From positions 42,795 to 106,794 of the forward strand of contig CANMWZ010000012.1 of NCBI GenBank assembly GCA_947501605.1: a stretch of DNA of 64,000 nucleotides. Direction: 5' to 3'. Origin of the DNA: Planctomycetota bacterium. GTDB lineage: Bacteria > Planctomycetota > UBA1135 > UBA2386. Both the position numbers and the translations under genes were made by a program. The notes below the pieces were generated by a model, which had not been told where the DNA came from, searched no databases, and saw only the letters and a program-made list of their open reading frames with translations. Of the stretch, positions 38,471 through 48,727 are shown in pieces. How positions within the stretch are numbered: the first letter of the stretch is position 1; each line of letters begins with the position of its first letter.

Positions 38471-41235
38471 TGCTTGCCCTCCATGTAGCGGTAAAGGAGC
38501 TGTTGCTCCTGCTCGAGTGCAGGTAGGTCGTTCAGGGCGCGCGACACGTCCATTCGGGCGAGATGCCATGCGAGGCGAACGCGGCGGTCGGTGACCAACG
38601 GCTGCATGCGGTCGAGTGGCGCGAGCGACCTCACGGCTTCGGTCACCGACAATTCACGCGCGTAGTCGATGGCGAGAAGACTCGCACGTTCGCGGTCGGC
38701 TGGCGTGGCGTTCGAGCTGGACGCAAGGTCGGCGACGAGCGCATCGAAGGCATCTTGCTTGCGGCCCACCTGCACGAGGTAGCGCGCACGCTCTTCGACG
38801 GTCCCACTGCGAGCTGCGAGTTCGTTCAACGCCGTCGCACTGCTGTAGAGCTCGATGCCGGTTGCGTAGCAGACTGCGAGCCATGGACCGGCTGAGAACA
38901 GGTTGTTGGGCCCAGCGAGCGGTTCGTCACCGAGGCCAAACGACGGCAGAGTCAATCGGTTGAACGCAGCAGGCCTCTTCACATCCAGCACGAGCACTTC
39001 GCGATCACTCGGCAGCAAGACAAAATCGCCAACCACGCAGCCGCGCCCAGGCCATCGCGTCAATCGTTCGCTGGGGCGCGGGATCTCGATCGACCAACGA
39101 ACGATGCCCGTCGCGATCTCGATGCCGACGAGATGGTCGCGCAAGTCACCCGAAGCCTCCGCGAACAGCAAGGGTCCGCTCACGCCGAGGAGGTAGCGGA
39201 TCTTGCCGTAGGGCGCGTAGCGGGAGGTGCCGTCGAGCATCCAGACGGGATCGCCACTAGCGCCGTCGAGACAGAACACCATGTCGGTGTCGCAGGCCGC
39301 AAACACCACCGAGCCGCCGATCTCGAAGATCGCGCTCGGCAAGAAGCCTGGAAGGTCTGCCTCCGAGAAGGCACTGCTGAAGCCAAACGGTGAGTTGCCG
39401 TTCTCGCGCTTCCGTTTGGCCGGCCGTCGGCGCAGCGGGTCGTCCCGCTCGTACTTGCGGATCCATCGCAGGTCGCCAGCAAACGCGTCGACGGCACCGA
39501 CGGCACCGGCGTTGGTGAGCATGTAGGCGAGGTTGCCGATCACGTGCACGCGGGCGCCCGGCGCCTTGAAGTAGCTCGTGCCGCCGCCGTGAATGCGGGT
39601 GTGCCACAACGGCTCGCCGGTGCGCCGGTCGAGGCACTGCAACTCGTAGGCGCCGTTGCGCAGTGTCGGTACGAGCAATCGTTCGCCGAACAGGGTCGGA
39701 GCGGCGAGGAAGGTCACGTCCGCAAGGCCGTCGTCGCCGGCGCAGAAGTCCTTCGTCGACCACGCGCGTTGGCACTCAGGCTTGCGATAGGCAACGATCT
39801 CGTTGAGCTTCAGCGGATCGACGCTTTGCGTGACGCGGTTGTAGCCAAGGACCGCGTAGTAGCGCTCTTGGTCCTCGACCGGCGCCATGAGCGCAAAGTC
39901 GTATGCCGGCACTCGTGGACGCGGTCGCATCTCCTGAGGCTTTGGCGGCAACTGCTCGCCGTCGCCTTCGACTTGCAGCACGCCCGAAAACGACTCTGCG
40001 ATGCGCAGCCGGAAGTTCTCGAGAAACAGCGTGCGAGGCAAAGCCGCACCGCCGCCACTGAATGCGACCTGGGTGCCGACGCCGTACTTCGACCCCGGCG
40101 GCGCTGAGTTGGCAACGGTCTCACTGCCAAACATGAAGATCGAGTCGCTGCCGCGTCGGTCCTTGATCGGTTCGTAGGGATTCGACCCGGCGAAGCGATA
40201 GACCCACATGGGTAGCAGCGTGGTGCTCGCCTCGGTGAGCCACTCGATGTTGGCGCCCGGTTGCAACGCCGTGGTCGCCGGCTGCGCGTCGCTGGTCGCA
40301 AAGAGCGGGTGCTCGGGCAACTGACTCACGGGCTGCAGCTCGCCCATCAGGCGCAGCGACTCGTCGGGGAAGTCCGCGGCGATCTTGCGCGCCGCATCGT
40401 TGGCCGCACCAATCTCGCCAGCAAGACGAAGGCACAGTGCGATCTTGAATCGGCACCACAGCGGCGAGATTCCCAGCTTGGCCAGATTGGCCGCCGGATA
40501 GAGCTCGAGAACATCGCGTAGCACCTGAACCGCGGCGCGGTATTGGCCAGCGTTGAGATGGCGGTCGGCCAGCACCTGTTGCGCCGTTCCGGCTGCGAGA
40601 GTCGGAAAGTAGCGCAGCGCCACCTGCTCGAGGTCGCGCAGCGAACCGCTGGTCTGCGCCTGCGCCAACATCTCGCCAGCTACCGCCTCGAACAGGCTTT
40701 GATAGAGTTCGATCCCGGTCGCGGGCATCGCCGCGAGGTACTCCTGGCACAGTCGACCGGCAGGGCGATAGACGCGGCCGTCGGCAGAAAACACTGCCTG
40801 CCGCGGGTCGATGGCCGCCGCGTCGGCCGCCGGCGGAGCGGGCGCTTCGCCCTCGACTGGCGGCTTGCGCTCACCTTCCGCGGCTTCAGGCGCTGACGGT
40901 GCGGGCGTGGGCGTCGCCTGGGTCTCGCCTGCTTCGAGCGGCATCGCCTCCAGGGTCCGCCCCTCGACCACGGACTGCAGCACCTGGATCGCGTCGGCGA
41001 AGCGCTCCTCGGTCAAGAACTGGCGTGCGCGCCGAACGAAGCGGTCGAGGTTGGGGCTCTCGAACAACTCGACCGGCGGGCCGGAATCGCCAGTCTCGTT
41101 GCCGCTCTCCGGCGCCTGAATTGCCCCGCCCGCGCGCCCGACCTGGATTCGCAGTTGCTGACCGCGCACATCACTGCCCAGCAGAGCGGCGACGGCGCAG
41201 AGCACAGCCGGAACGGGCGGCAATAGGAAAATCAC
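38467..41235 (-). CDS. Exported TPR + PQQ-like beta-propeller protein
   Basis: GTG 41235 with CAGGAG RBS; TPR-like N-terminal half; CLDRRTGEPLW, AVDAFAGDLRW, CLDGASGDPVW, IATGIVRW blades. Confidence 0.8.
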   Translation of the reverse strand: MIFLLPPVPAVLCAVAALLGSDVRGQQLRIQVGRAGGAIQAPESGNETGDSGPPVELFESPNLDRFVRRARQFLTEERFADAIQVLQSVVEGRTLEAMPLEAGETQATPTPAPSAPEAAEGERKPPVEGEAPAPPAADAAAIDPRQAVFSADGRVYRPAGRLCQEYLAAMPATGIELYQSLFEAVAGEMLAQAQTSGSLRDLEQVALRYFPTLAAGTAQQVLADRHLNAGQYRAAVQVLRDVLELYPAANLAKLGISPLWCRFKIALCLRLAGEIGAANDAARKIAADFPDESLRLMGELQPVSQLPEHPLFATSDAQPATTALQPGANIEWLTEASTTLLPMWVYRFAGSNPYEPIKDRRGSDSIFMFGSETVANSAPPGSKYGVGTQVAFSGGGAALPRTLFLENFRLRIAESFSGVLQVEGDGEQLPPKPQEMRPRPRVPAYDFALMAPVEDQERYYAVLGYNRVTQSVDPLKLNEIVAYRKPECQRAWSTKDFCAGDDGLADVTFLAAPTLFGERLLVPTLRNGAYELQCLDRRTGEPLWHTRIHGGGTSYFKAPGARVHVIGNLAYMLTNAGAVGAVDAFAGDLRWIRKYERDDPLRRRPAKRKRENGNSPFGFSSAFSEADLPGFLPSAIFEIGGSVVFAACDTDMVFCLDGASGDPVWMLDGTSRYAPYGKIRYLLGVSGPLLFAEASGDLRDHLVGIEIATGIVRWSIEIPRPSERLTRWPGRGCVVGDFVLLPSDREVLVLDVKRPAAFNRLTLPSFGLGDEPLAGPNNLFSAGPWLAVCYATGIELYSSATALNELAARSGTVEERARYLVQVGRKQDAFDALVADLASSSNATPADRERASLLAIDYARELSVTEAVRSLAPLDRMQPLVTDRRVRLAWHLARMDVSRALNDLPALEQEQQLLYRYMEGKQ

Positions 41236-41472
41236 GGCTCCTGTCGAGGGTTGCGGAGGGGTCGAGCAGCTGGATCCGAGGAGGGGTCGGCGAGTTCTCC
41301 TCGATCCAACGGCGCAATCGCCGGGAGGGATCGGTTTGCAATCTACGTCAATCGCCCCCAACCGGCGAGGCTCGCAGACCGTTTCTGCCAGTCAGCCGTC
41401 CTGGGCTAGCATCCAGACCGAGCACAGGCACGGATTCTTCCGCGGCTTTCAAGACAGCTCGAACCGACCATC

Positions 41473-43734
41473 ATGATGCCGCGCAACCCGAAGGCAGTTC
41501 GTTTCCTGTTCCCGCTGCTGTTGGTCGGTGCCGTCCGCAGCCAGGAATGGAGCGACGAACAACTGGTCGAAGCGTGCAGCGCCTTCCAGTCGGAGTCATT
41601 GCCCGAGCGCTTGGCGCAGATCGGGTCCCTGGTGCCAAAGCAACAGGAAGCGCGCTCCGCAATAGTGGCTCGGATCCACGGCGACCACCGTGAGTACATG
41701 CTCAAGATCGACCGACTGGTCACTGAGCTAACCGATTCTCGGTGGACCGTTCGAGAACAAGCCGAACGGTCCCTGATCGAAGTCGGTGCCAGGGCGACGA
41801 CCACGTTGCAGCAACGAGTTGAACAAGCACAACTCGTCGAGGAACGCATGCGCTGCCGTCGCATCCTCGACGCCATCTTGGCGCGCGGCACGGCCGACGA
41901 AGAGCGACAACTGCGACTCCTTCGCGGCCTGGTCGCGACCTCGGCCTACATGAAGTCGGACGAGCGCATGCTGCGATCGCTGCGCTCTGCGCTCGGGCAC
42001 ACTGACGCGTCGATCGTGGACGCAACGATCCGCTCGCTGGGCCTGCACGGCGGCGACGACGAAGCCGAGGCGGTGTTTCAGCTGCTCGATTGGAGAGGCG
42101 GCGTCTACCGCGCGAACGTGCTCAACGCTCTAGGACGAATGCAGACGCCGCGCTCACTAGCGCTGTGCACGCAGTTGCTGACCGATGGCAAGCTGTCCCG
42201 CAACGAACAGTGCAACCTCGTGTTCGCATGCCAGACTCGAAGCGATGCCGCCACGTTGGTCGAACTACTGCGCACGAGTAGCGACCCAGTCGTTGCCGCC
42301 GGCACCAAACTGCAATTGCCGACTCCTGAGGCCGCGCCGACGAGAGTCAGCCTGATGCTCGCCAACCGAACCGCCCTCGAAGGCACCTTCGAGGGATTTG
42401 GCACCGACCACACGAACGTCGGCAATGCGGTAGCTGGTTTGCCCGTGGCGCAGATCTCCTTCAGCGATGCCGACATCCTCGACTTCCCCGAGCACAAGGC
42501 CGAACCGTCGACCGATGTGCGTGTGTTCTTGAGCCAGGGCAGCCTCGTCACCGGCAAGCTCCAGGCGATCGACAAAGCGACCGTTCAACTTCTGTCGCCA
42601 ACGTTCGGTGTGCTCAAGCTGGCGCGCGCTGGCCTGCAAGGCATCGCCATCGACCCGGAACTGGACCGGCTGGTGGGCGCGTCCGTTGACTACGATCGCG
42701 TTCGCCTGCGCAACAACGAGCTAGTCGAAGGAACCGTCGATCGACTCGACGGCAACTCGCTCGCTGTCACGCTCGCGACCGGGGGCACGAGATCGATCCC
42801 GCTGACCGAGATCGCGGGCTTCCTCACCATTCGCCCTGCGTCTCCTGAGCCCGACAACTCCTCGTACGCGCGCGCAGACTTGGTGAACGGCGACCGCATC
42901 CTGGGTTTCGTCGTCGGCGGCACGCGGTCGCACGTGACGTTCTCGGTGCCGTTGCTCGGTGCAACCGTCGTTCCGATCGCCTCGCTGATGCACGTCGAGA
43001 TCGGCGTTGGCGGCGGCGCGATGTGGGGCTTCACCGTCATTGCTGACTACAGCGACAATCGCGTCTTCGAGGTCGACGACCAGGGCCGTGAGGGGTTCAA
43101 GATGGACGATGTCTTTGGCGCCTGGGACATCGAGTGCCTCGACAACAGCAACCTGCTGATCACCGAGTTCCCGGTGAGTCGCGTGCAGGAAGTGAATCGC
43201 AAAGGTGAGGTCGTGTGGTCCTATGACGATCTCAAGAACCCGTACGACGCCGACCGCCTGCAGAACGGCAACACGCTGATCGCCGACACCTTCGCTCTGC
43301 GCGTCATCGAGGTGAATCCCAAGAAGGAGATCGTCTGGACCTACGACAAGGACATCCGGCCCTTTGACGTCGAACGGTTGACGAACGGCAACACGCTCAT
43401 CTGCGATGTGCTGAAGGACCGCGTCATCGAGGTTTCGCCCGCCGGCGAGATCGTCTGGGAGCTGAAGGGCATGAACAACGTGCACGACGCCGACCGGCTG
43501 CAGAATGGCAACACGTTGATCACTCTGCGGTCAAAGGGCTCGGTGCTCGAGGTGGACCGCGACGGCACAGTCGTCTGGGAACTCGAAGCACTCAACTCGC
43601 CAAGCGACGCCGATCGCTTGCCCAACGGACACACGCTCGTCTCCGAAAACGGGGTCGTGCGCGAGTTCGACCGTCGCAAAAACGTGGTGTGGCGACGCGA
43701 AGTCAACTGGGCCGTCGAAGCCAATCGCTACTGA
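41473..43734 (+). CDS. Exported HEAT-repeat + small beta repeats + beta-propeller protein
   Basis: Signal peptide, L.DSRWTVREQA HEAT-like repeats, four L.NG..L.G-type repeats, 40-aa DADRLxNGNTLI blades. Confidence 0.8.
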   Translation: MMPRNPKAVRFLFPLLLVGAVRSQEWSDEQLVEACSAFQSESLPERLAQIGSLVPKQQEARSAIVARIHGDHREYMLKIDRLVTELTDSRWTVREQAERSLIEVGARATTTLQQRVEQAQLVEERMRCRRILDAILARGTADEERQLRLLRGLVATSAYMKSDERMLRSLRSALGHTDASIVDATIRSLGLHGGDDEAEAVFQLLDWRGGVYRANVLNALGRMQTPRSLALCTQLLTDGKLSRNEQCNLVFACQTRSDAATLVELLRTSSDPVVAAGTKLQLPTPEAAPTRVSLMLANRTALEGTFEGFGTDHTNVGNAVAGLPVAQISFSDADILDFPEHKAEPSTDVRVFLSQGSLVTGKLQAIDKATVQLLSPTFGVLKLARAGLQGIAIDPELDRLVGASVDYDRVRLRNNELVEGTVDRLDGNSLAVTLATGGTRSIPLTEIAGFLTIRPASPEPDNSSYARADLVNGDRILGFVVGGTRSHVTFSVPLLGATVVPIASLMHVEIGVGGGAMWGFTVIADYSDNRVFEVDDQGREGFKMDDVFGAWDIECLDNSNLLITEFPVSRVQEVNRKGEVVWSYDDLKNPYDADRLQNGNTLIADTFALRVIEVNPKKEIVWTYDKDIRPFDVERLTNGNTLICDVLKDRVIEVSPAGEIVWELKGMNNVHDADRLQNGNTLITLRSKGSVLEVDRDGTVVWELEALNSPSDADRLPNGHTLVSENGVVREFDRRKNVVWRREVNWAVEANRY
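43021..43731 (+). repeat. Intragenic 120-nt (40-aa) tandem repeats encoding propeller blades
   Basis: Equivalent GAC codons at 43126, 43246, 43366, 43486 and 43606; e.g. gacgccgaccgcctgcagaacggcaacacg vs gacgccgaccggctgcagaatggcaacacg. Confidence 0.8.
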
Positions 43735-43759
43735 GCAGCGCGCTCACTCGACCGTGGCC

Positions 43760-45463
43760 TCACTGCGCAAAGACACTTGCGAGTTCCGTGGGCACGCCGA
43801 GAGCGCGGACTTGGGCCGCCGCCGCGTCCATGCCTTCGAGGTCGGCATTCACCGCGGCTTCGCAGAACAGCAGAACGCAACGCCGTAGCGGCGATCGGGC
43901 CTCGTCTTCCGTAGCGAGCGACATCCACGGCCGCGCTGCGGCCGGCCCATCGCTCACGAGCACCTCGATACCGCGCCGCCAACCCTCCGCGGCTAGTCGC
44001 GGTTGCAGTTGTTCCCACTCGCCGCCAGCCCCGGCGATCGCTTGCGCGGCATCCAGATCCTGGCGGAAGTGCTGCCACCATTCCCACTGACCTGCGGGGA
44101 CATCGACGCCGACCACGTCGGCCTGAGCCCGCGCGCCGGCGAGATCGCCGTTGTAGAAACGATGTGCGGCGCGTTCGTACGGCCACGCCCGATACCAACT
44201 CCATCCGCCGGCGACCATTGCCAACAACACGACGGCGGCAATGCCACGGCGAAGGTGCAGCCCGCGCAACGCGAAGCGTGCTCGGAACCGAGGATCTTCG
44301 GCGAAACGCCGCAGCAGGCTCACCCGCGCAGTCTCGCTCGGATGCAGCGTTGTCGCGTAGTGCGGCTCGCCATGGACCACTTCGCCCACGCGAGACAGCG
44401 CGTTGATGCACGGCTCGGCACCGCCGAGTGCGATGGCCGAAAGCACGTCCGCCTCGTGCTCGAATCGATGCGAAACCCTGCGCAGTACCCACCAACCGCC
44501 TAGCGCAACCACGGCTGCTGCTGCGATGCCCCACGGCAACGACAACTCGTCGAGCGGCAGCTGTTGCAGCAGGTTGGTCAGCAACAGGGGCGAGGCAACG
44601 AACAGCGCCAGTAGAAGCGCCGGATGGCCCGCTTGCGCATGCCCCACCTCATGGGCAACGACGCCGCGCAGAGCCTGCAAGTCCAGTATCGCCAGCAGGC
44701 CATCGGTGAGCACGAGGTAGCGAGGCCACGGAAGCGGACCGATCATCAGCGCATTGACCGTGCGAAGCCCGCTGTCGAGGAACATGACGGCACTGCCGCG
44801 GAAGCCGAGTGCCGCCGCCGTCGCGCGCAGTTCGGTGCCAACAGGCTCCGGCAGTCGCCGCGACAGACCCAGTGCTACGCGAAACACCAGCGGCAGCAGA
44901 ATGCCCATGCACAACACGAACACGAGAGTTCCGATCGTGAGACCCGTGCTGGTCCCGACGACAAACGAGTAGAGCGATCGGTTCTGCCGAATCACGTCAC
45001 CAAGAATGCCGAGCAGCAGCCACGGCAACGTGAAGAGACCGACGAACGCGAACCGGTTGCGCAACATCGCGCGCAGTTCGGACGCCCCCTCGAGCGCTGC
45101 TATCAATCGCACTTCGCAGACGACACGCATCGTCTCGGCAACAAGCAAGGGAACCAACAACAGGGCAAGGTGCGCGAGATGGCTGCTTCCGGCCCACGTC
45201 TCAGCAACATCGAGATAGCCGAGCGGCGCGAGAAAGATGGCGTAGCAGGCAGGGAGCATCGCCGGCGCCAGCCGTGCCAATGCACGCCCCGTTCGTCCTT
45301 CGCGAGCGCGGTGAGCGAGGATCGTCAGGACCATCGGAACGGCGAGCAACGGCAGTCCGAGGAGTGCCAGCAGCGCATTGCCCGAGCCCGGCAGGACGAC
45401 GAACGCCTCGCGCGCGAGCAACATGACCACGAGCGAGAGGGCATACGCGAATGGAATCGACAA
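43760..45463 (-). CDS. M48 family (HtpX/Ste24-like) membrane metalloprotease with helical C-terminus
   Basis: Multiple TMs, VNA, LTDGLL, AHEVGH, EHEAD, LHPS...R. Confidence 0.85.
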   Translation of the reverse strand: MSIPFAYALSLVVMLLAREAFVVLPGSGNALLALLGLPLLAVPMVLTILAHRAREGRTGRALARLAPAMLPACYAIFLAPLGYLDVAETWAGSSHLAHLALLLVPLLVAETMRVVCEVRLIAALEGASELRAMLRNRFAFVGLFTLPWLLLGILGDVIRQNRSLYSFVVGTSTGLTIGTLVFVLCMGILLPLVFRVALGLSRRLPEPVGTELRATAAALGFRGSAVMFLDSGLRTVNALMIGPLPWPRYLVLTDGLLAILDLQALRGVVAHEVGHAQAGHPALLLALFVASPLLLTNLLQQLPLDELSLPWGIAAAAVVALGGWWVLRRVSHRFEHEADVLSAIALGGAEPCINALSRVGEVVHGEPHYATTLHPSETARVSLLRRFAEDPRFRARFALRGLHLRRGIAAVVLLAMVAGGWSWYRAWPYERAAHRFYNGDLAGARAQADVVGVDVPAGQWEWWQHFRQDLDAAQAIAGAGGEWEQLQPRLAAEGWRRGIEVLVSDGPAAARPWMSLATEDEARSPLRRCVLLFCEAAVNADLEGMDAAAAQVRALGVPTELASVFAQ

Positions 45464-45466
45464 GTC

Positions 45467-46513
45467 TCATCGCCCCTTCGCAGCTTCCGCCGGCTCAGGA
45501 AATGCACGCTGCAGCAGTGGCAGGAACCGCGGATCGGCACGCAAGGCAGCGAGCTCGGGATCGGTGTCGAAGAGCGCTCGCGGCAACTTGCGAACCGGAT
45601 CGACGTTCGCTGCGACCTGCAAGTCGACGCAACGCCCCAGTGCGACGAAGCCGGCATCGACACGCCCGGCAAGCGCGTTGTAGCAAGCTCCCCAGTACCA
45701 GTCGGTCGGTAGCAGCTCGTAGTTACTTCGCTCGGCAATCGTCGTCATCGCACCATGGGTCGTCGCAGCGCGCCGGTTTTCCTGCACGCGGTACCACAGG
45801 TTGGAAAGCTCGCGGAAGGCGAGAATCCGGTCTTCGGCATCGCCGTCGGCACTGTCCTTCTGCAACTGCGCAGCACGCGCTTGCACGTACTGCTTGCGGC
45901 CCCACTGCCACGCGAGGCACGACAACGCGAAGCGAAGGTCCTCGGGTTCGCCCTCAATGTTCTCGACGATGTCGGTGACGCCGAGCAGCAACTGCGGGTC
46001 AGGAGGTGTCGCTTGCAGGTCTGCAATTGCGGGCACCAACGTCACGCGCTGCGTGTCTGGGAGCCAAAACGGTGTGTGCAGGAGCCACTCGAAAAGCAAC
46101 TTCGAGGCAAAGGGCTGCAGCGCGTCGAGCATTGCGTACTGGCCGCGATAGACCACACCGCTGCGACGCTTCTGTTCGATGAAGCCAAGCAGCACGTCGG
46201 CGGCGAGAGCGCGCGTGCCCTTGCTGCGCGGACTCTCGTCGTCGACAGCGAGCGCACGCAGCCGCTGACCCAGCCACGGCAGCGAACGATCTGGAGTGCC
46301 GAGCAGTGCCTCCACGGCGAGTTCCTTCTGCGCCGCGTCACTCTGGTCGGAGGCCAGGAAGGCCTCGACAACGGCGGTGAAGGTGTCTGCAGGTGGGTCC
46401 TGGGGCCGAACTCGCGGGGACACTGGCGGCGCTGACGCGTCCGACTGGTGCAGAGCACCGAGTGCTGCGATCACCATCGTGAACGATGCCAACGGCCGCC
46501 ACACGGCGTGCAT
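45467..46513 (-). CDS. Hypothetical exported helical/TPR protein
   Basis: Start reassigned to 46513; C-terminal YWGACYNALAG...DPELAALRADPRF, a TPR-end-type motif. Confidence 0.65.
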   Translation of the reverse strand: MHAVWRPLASFTMVIAALGALHQSDASAPPVSPRVRPQDPPADTFTAVVEAFLASDQSDAAQKELAVEALLGTPDRSLPWLGQRLRALAVDDESPRSKGTRALAADVLLGFIEQKRRSGVVYRGQYAMLDALQPFASKLLFEWLLHTPFWLPDTQRVTLVPAIADLQATPPDPQLLLGVTDIVENIEGEPEDLRFALSCLAWQWGRKQYVQARAAQLQKDSADGDAEDRILAFRELSNLWYRVQENRRAATTHGAMTTIAERSNYELLPTDWYWGACYNALAGRVDAGFVALGRCVDLQVAANVDPVRKLPRALFDTDPELAALRADPRFLPLLQRAFPEPAEAAKGR

Positions 46514-46518
46514 GAGGG

Positions 46519-47235
46519 CTACGAAGTGCTCCGCGGCACGGGATACAGTGGTCCGGATCCCACCGGTGCAAACGCTGCGGCGAACATCGCGCGAACAACG
46601 ACGTCCATCGGCACCCACTGCGACGTGTCCGCACCCGGCATCGCTGCGCGATTGCTCGGTGTGTCGATGGTGCTGGGCACGATTGCGGCGGCTCGCACTC
46701 CGGTCCCCACGAGTTCTGCTGCAAGTGCTCGCACCCACTCGTGCAGAGCAGCCTTGCTGGCGAGGTAGTTGGCGACACCCGCGCCGCCCAAACCAACGCC
46801 GGCGCTACCGACACAGACGATGCTGCCAAGGCGGCGCTGCTTCATGGAACCGACCATGGCCCGGGCCAAGTTGGCGACCGCGAACAGGTTCGCTGTCATC
46901 AAGTCTTGCAGATCGCCAGTCGAATCACGGCCGATCTCGCTGGCAGCAAATGCGCCATTGCAGCACAGCAATGCGTCGATGGGTCCGAGAGCATCGTTGG
47001 CACCCTTCGCAAAGCCGGCGGCAGCTTCGCCATCGACATCCGGCACGCACCCGACAAGGACTGACTTGGTGCCGAACTGCGCTGTGGTTTTTTCGACCTG
47101 CCACGACTTGCGCACGGCAATGGCAACACGAGCCCCCGCCTCGAGTGCGTAACGCACCACTGCACCACCGACTTGGCCCGATGCGCCGCCGACGACCAGA
47201 ACCTTGCCAGAGAGGGACGTTGGATCTTGGGTCAT
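46519..47235 (-). CDS. SDR family oxidoreductase
   Basis: GGASGQVG, VGS, YLASK, PSTIDTPSNRAAMP. Confidence 0.9.
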   Translation of the reverse strand: MTQDPTSLSGKVLVVGGASGQVGGAVVRYALEAGARVAIAVRKSWQVEKTTAQFGTKSVLVGCVPDVDGEAAAGFAKGANDALGPIDALLCCNGAFAASEIGRDSTGDLQDLMTANLFAVANLARAMVGSMKQRRLGSIVCVGSAGVGLGGAGVANYLASKAALHEWVRALAAELVGTGVRAAAIVPSTIDTPSNRAAMPGADTSQWVPMDVVVRAMFAAAFAPVGSGPLYPVPRSTS

Positions 47236-47281
47236 GACGGGCGATGCGCGCTCTCGCATGGCCAGCGCTGTGCGCGCTGGC

Positions 47282-47851
47282 TCAGAACTGGACCTTGACG
47301 ACTTTGCGCTCTTCGGCCGCTTCGACCTCGAAGAACTCAGCGAGCTTGAAGCCCGACATGTTGGCGATGAGAGAACCCGGGAACTGCTCGCAGGTGTTGT
47401 TGTAGCGCATCACCGAGTCGTTGTAGGCCTGGCGAGCAAACCCGATGCGGTTCTCGGTCGAGGTCAACTCTTCCTGCACCTGCAACATGTTCTGGTTCGC
47501 TTTGAGCTCGGGATAGTTCTCGGCCACCGCGAACAACTGACGCAGCGAGCCTGCCAACGCGCCTTCGGCCTTGACGAGGTCACCGATGTTCCCGGCGTTG
47601 CGGAAGTCGACGCAGGTCTGGCGAGCCTTGATGACCGCTTCGAGCGTCTCGCGCTCGTGCTTCATGTAGCCCTTTGCGGTCTCGACCAAGTTTGGAATGA
47701 GGTCGTAGCGACGCTTCAGCTGCACGTCGATCTGGCTCCACGAGTTCTTGGTCTCGTTACGCCGACTGACCAGCCCGTTGTAGGTGCTGATCCACCACAT
47801 GACGAGCACGAGGCCGATGGCGAGCGGGATGATCCAAACGAGGTTCTCCAC
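47282..47851 (-). CDS. lemA: LemA family protein
   Basis: N-terminal TM, WSQIDVQLKRRYDLIPNLVE, ENYPELKA, TENRI.FARQ.YN. Confidence 0.96.
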   Translation of the reverse strand: MENLVWIIPLAIGLVLVMWWISTYNGLVSRRNETKNSWSQIDVQLKRRYDLIPNLVETAKGYMKHERETLEAVIKARQTCVDFRNAGNIGDLVKAEGALAGSLRQLFAVAENYPELKANQNMLQVQEELTSTENRIGFARQAYNDSVMRYNNTCEQFPGSLIANMSGFKLAEFFEVEAAEERKVVKVQF

Positions 47852-47908
47852 TAGGGTCTCCTGAGCAGGGCGACGAAGGTGTGCGGATCGGGCAGAGAGG
47901 GTCAGTAT

Positions 47909-48727
47909 TCAGATCAACAGGCCGATCTCACCGCAGAAAACCGTACTTGCCGGCCCCGCGATGACAAGGGACCGCTCTTTCTTGACGACGCGAAGTTGGC
48001 CCCCGCGAAGGTGAACCAGGACCTCAGGGCCGCGCACCAGACCGAGCTCGAGTGCACACAGAGCCGCCACGGCGGCGCCCGTGCCGCACGCTAGCGTCTC
48101 GCCGCTGCCGCGCTCGAACGTCCGCTGGAACAGGCTCCCATCGTTGCGGATCTGCACGAACTCGACGTTGACGCCCCCAGGAAAATCCCGGTGTTGCTGC
48201 ATGCGTTCACCCAAGACGCCGACCGCGAACTGCTCGGGATCGGAGTCGAGCATGACTACTGCATGCGGGTTGCCGGCGTCACCGCGCCGGTACTCCACGC
48301 GACGACCGCACACCTCGATCGACCGCGGGGCCACGTCAATTGTGACCAGGCCGAGGTCGGCGTGGACGGCAACGAGCGCACCGCGTTCGTCGCGCTCGAG
48401 GCGCACGTCGCGAACACCGGCGCTCGTCTCCACCGCGAACTCGTCACTGGCGACATGACCGTGGTCGAACGCCAAAGCCGCGAGACAACGCAGGCCATTG
48501 CCGCACATCGAGCCCAGCGAGCCGTCGGCATTCCACATCGCCATCGCAACGGCAGCCGTACGGCTTGGGCGCATCACGATCAGACCGTCCGCGCCGATAC
48601 CGAAATGGCGATCCGACCATGCGCGTGCGAGCTGGGGCGCGCGTGCCAACGGGAACTCGTCGCGGATCGCATCGACGAACACATAGTCATTGCCCGCTCC
48701 CTCCATCTTGGTGAAGGGGATCCGCAT
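47909..48727 (-). CDS. dapF: Diaminopimelate epimerase
   Basis: FTKMEGAGND, RHFGIGADG, NADGS..MCGNG, GNPH, NVEF, ERGSGETLACGTG. Confidence 0.96.
   Translation of the reverse strand: MRIPFTKMEGAGNDYVFVDAIRDEFPLARAPQLARAWSDRHFGIGADGLIVMRPSRTAAVAMAMWNADGSLGSMCGNGLRCLAALAFDHGHVASDEFAVETSAGVRDVRLERDERGALVAVHADLGLVTIDVAPRSIEVCGRRVEYRRGDAGNPHAVVMLDSDPEQFAVGVLGERMQQHRDFPGGVNVEFVQIRNDGSLFQRTFERGSGETLACGTGAAVAALCALELGLVRGPEVLVHLRGGQLRVVKKERSLVIAGPASTVFCGEIGLLI

Noticed and set aside
43021..43731. Periodic repeats as a CRISPR array
   Set aside because: Degenerate, in-frame 120-nt repeats encoding propeller blades; no unique spacers or cas genes.
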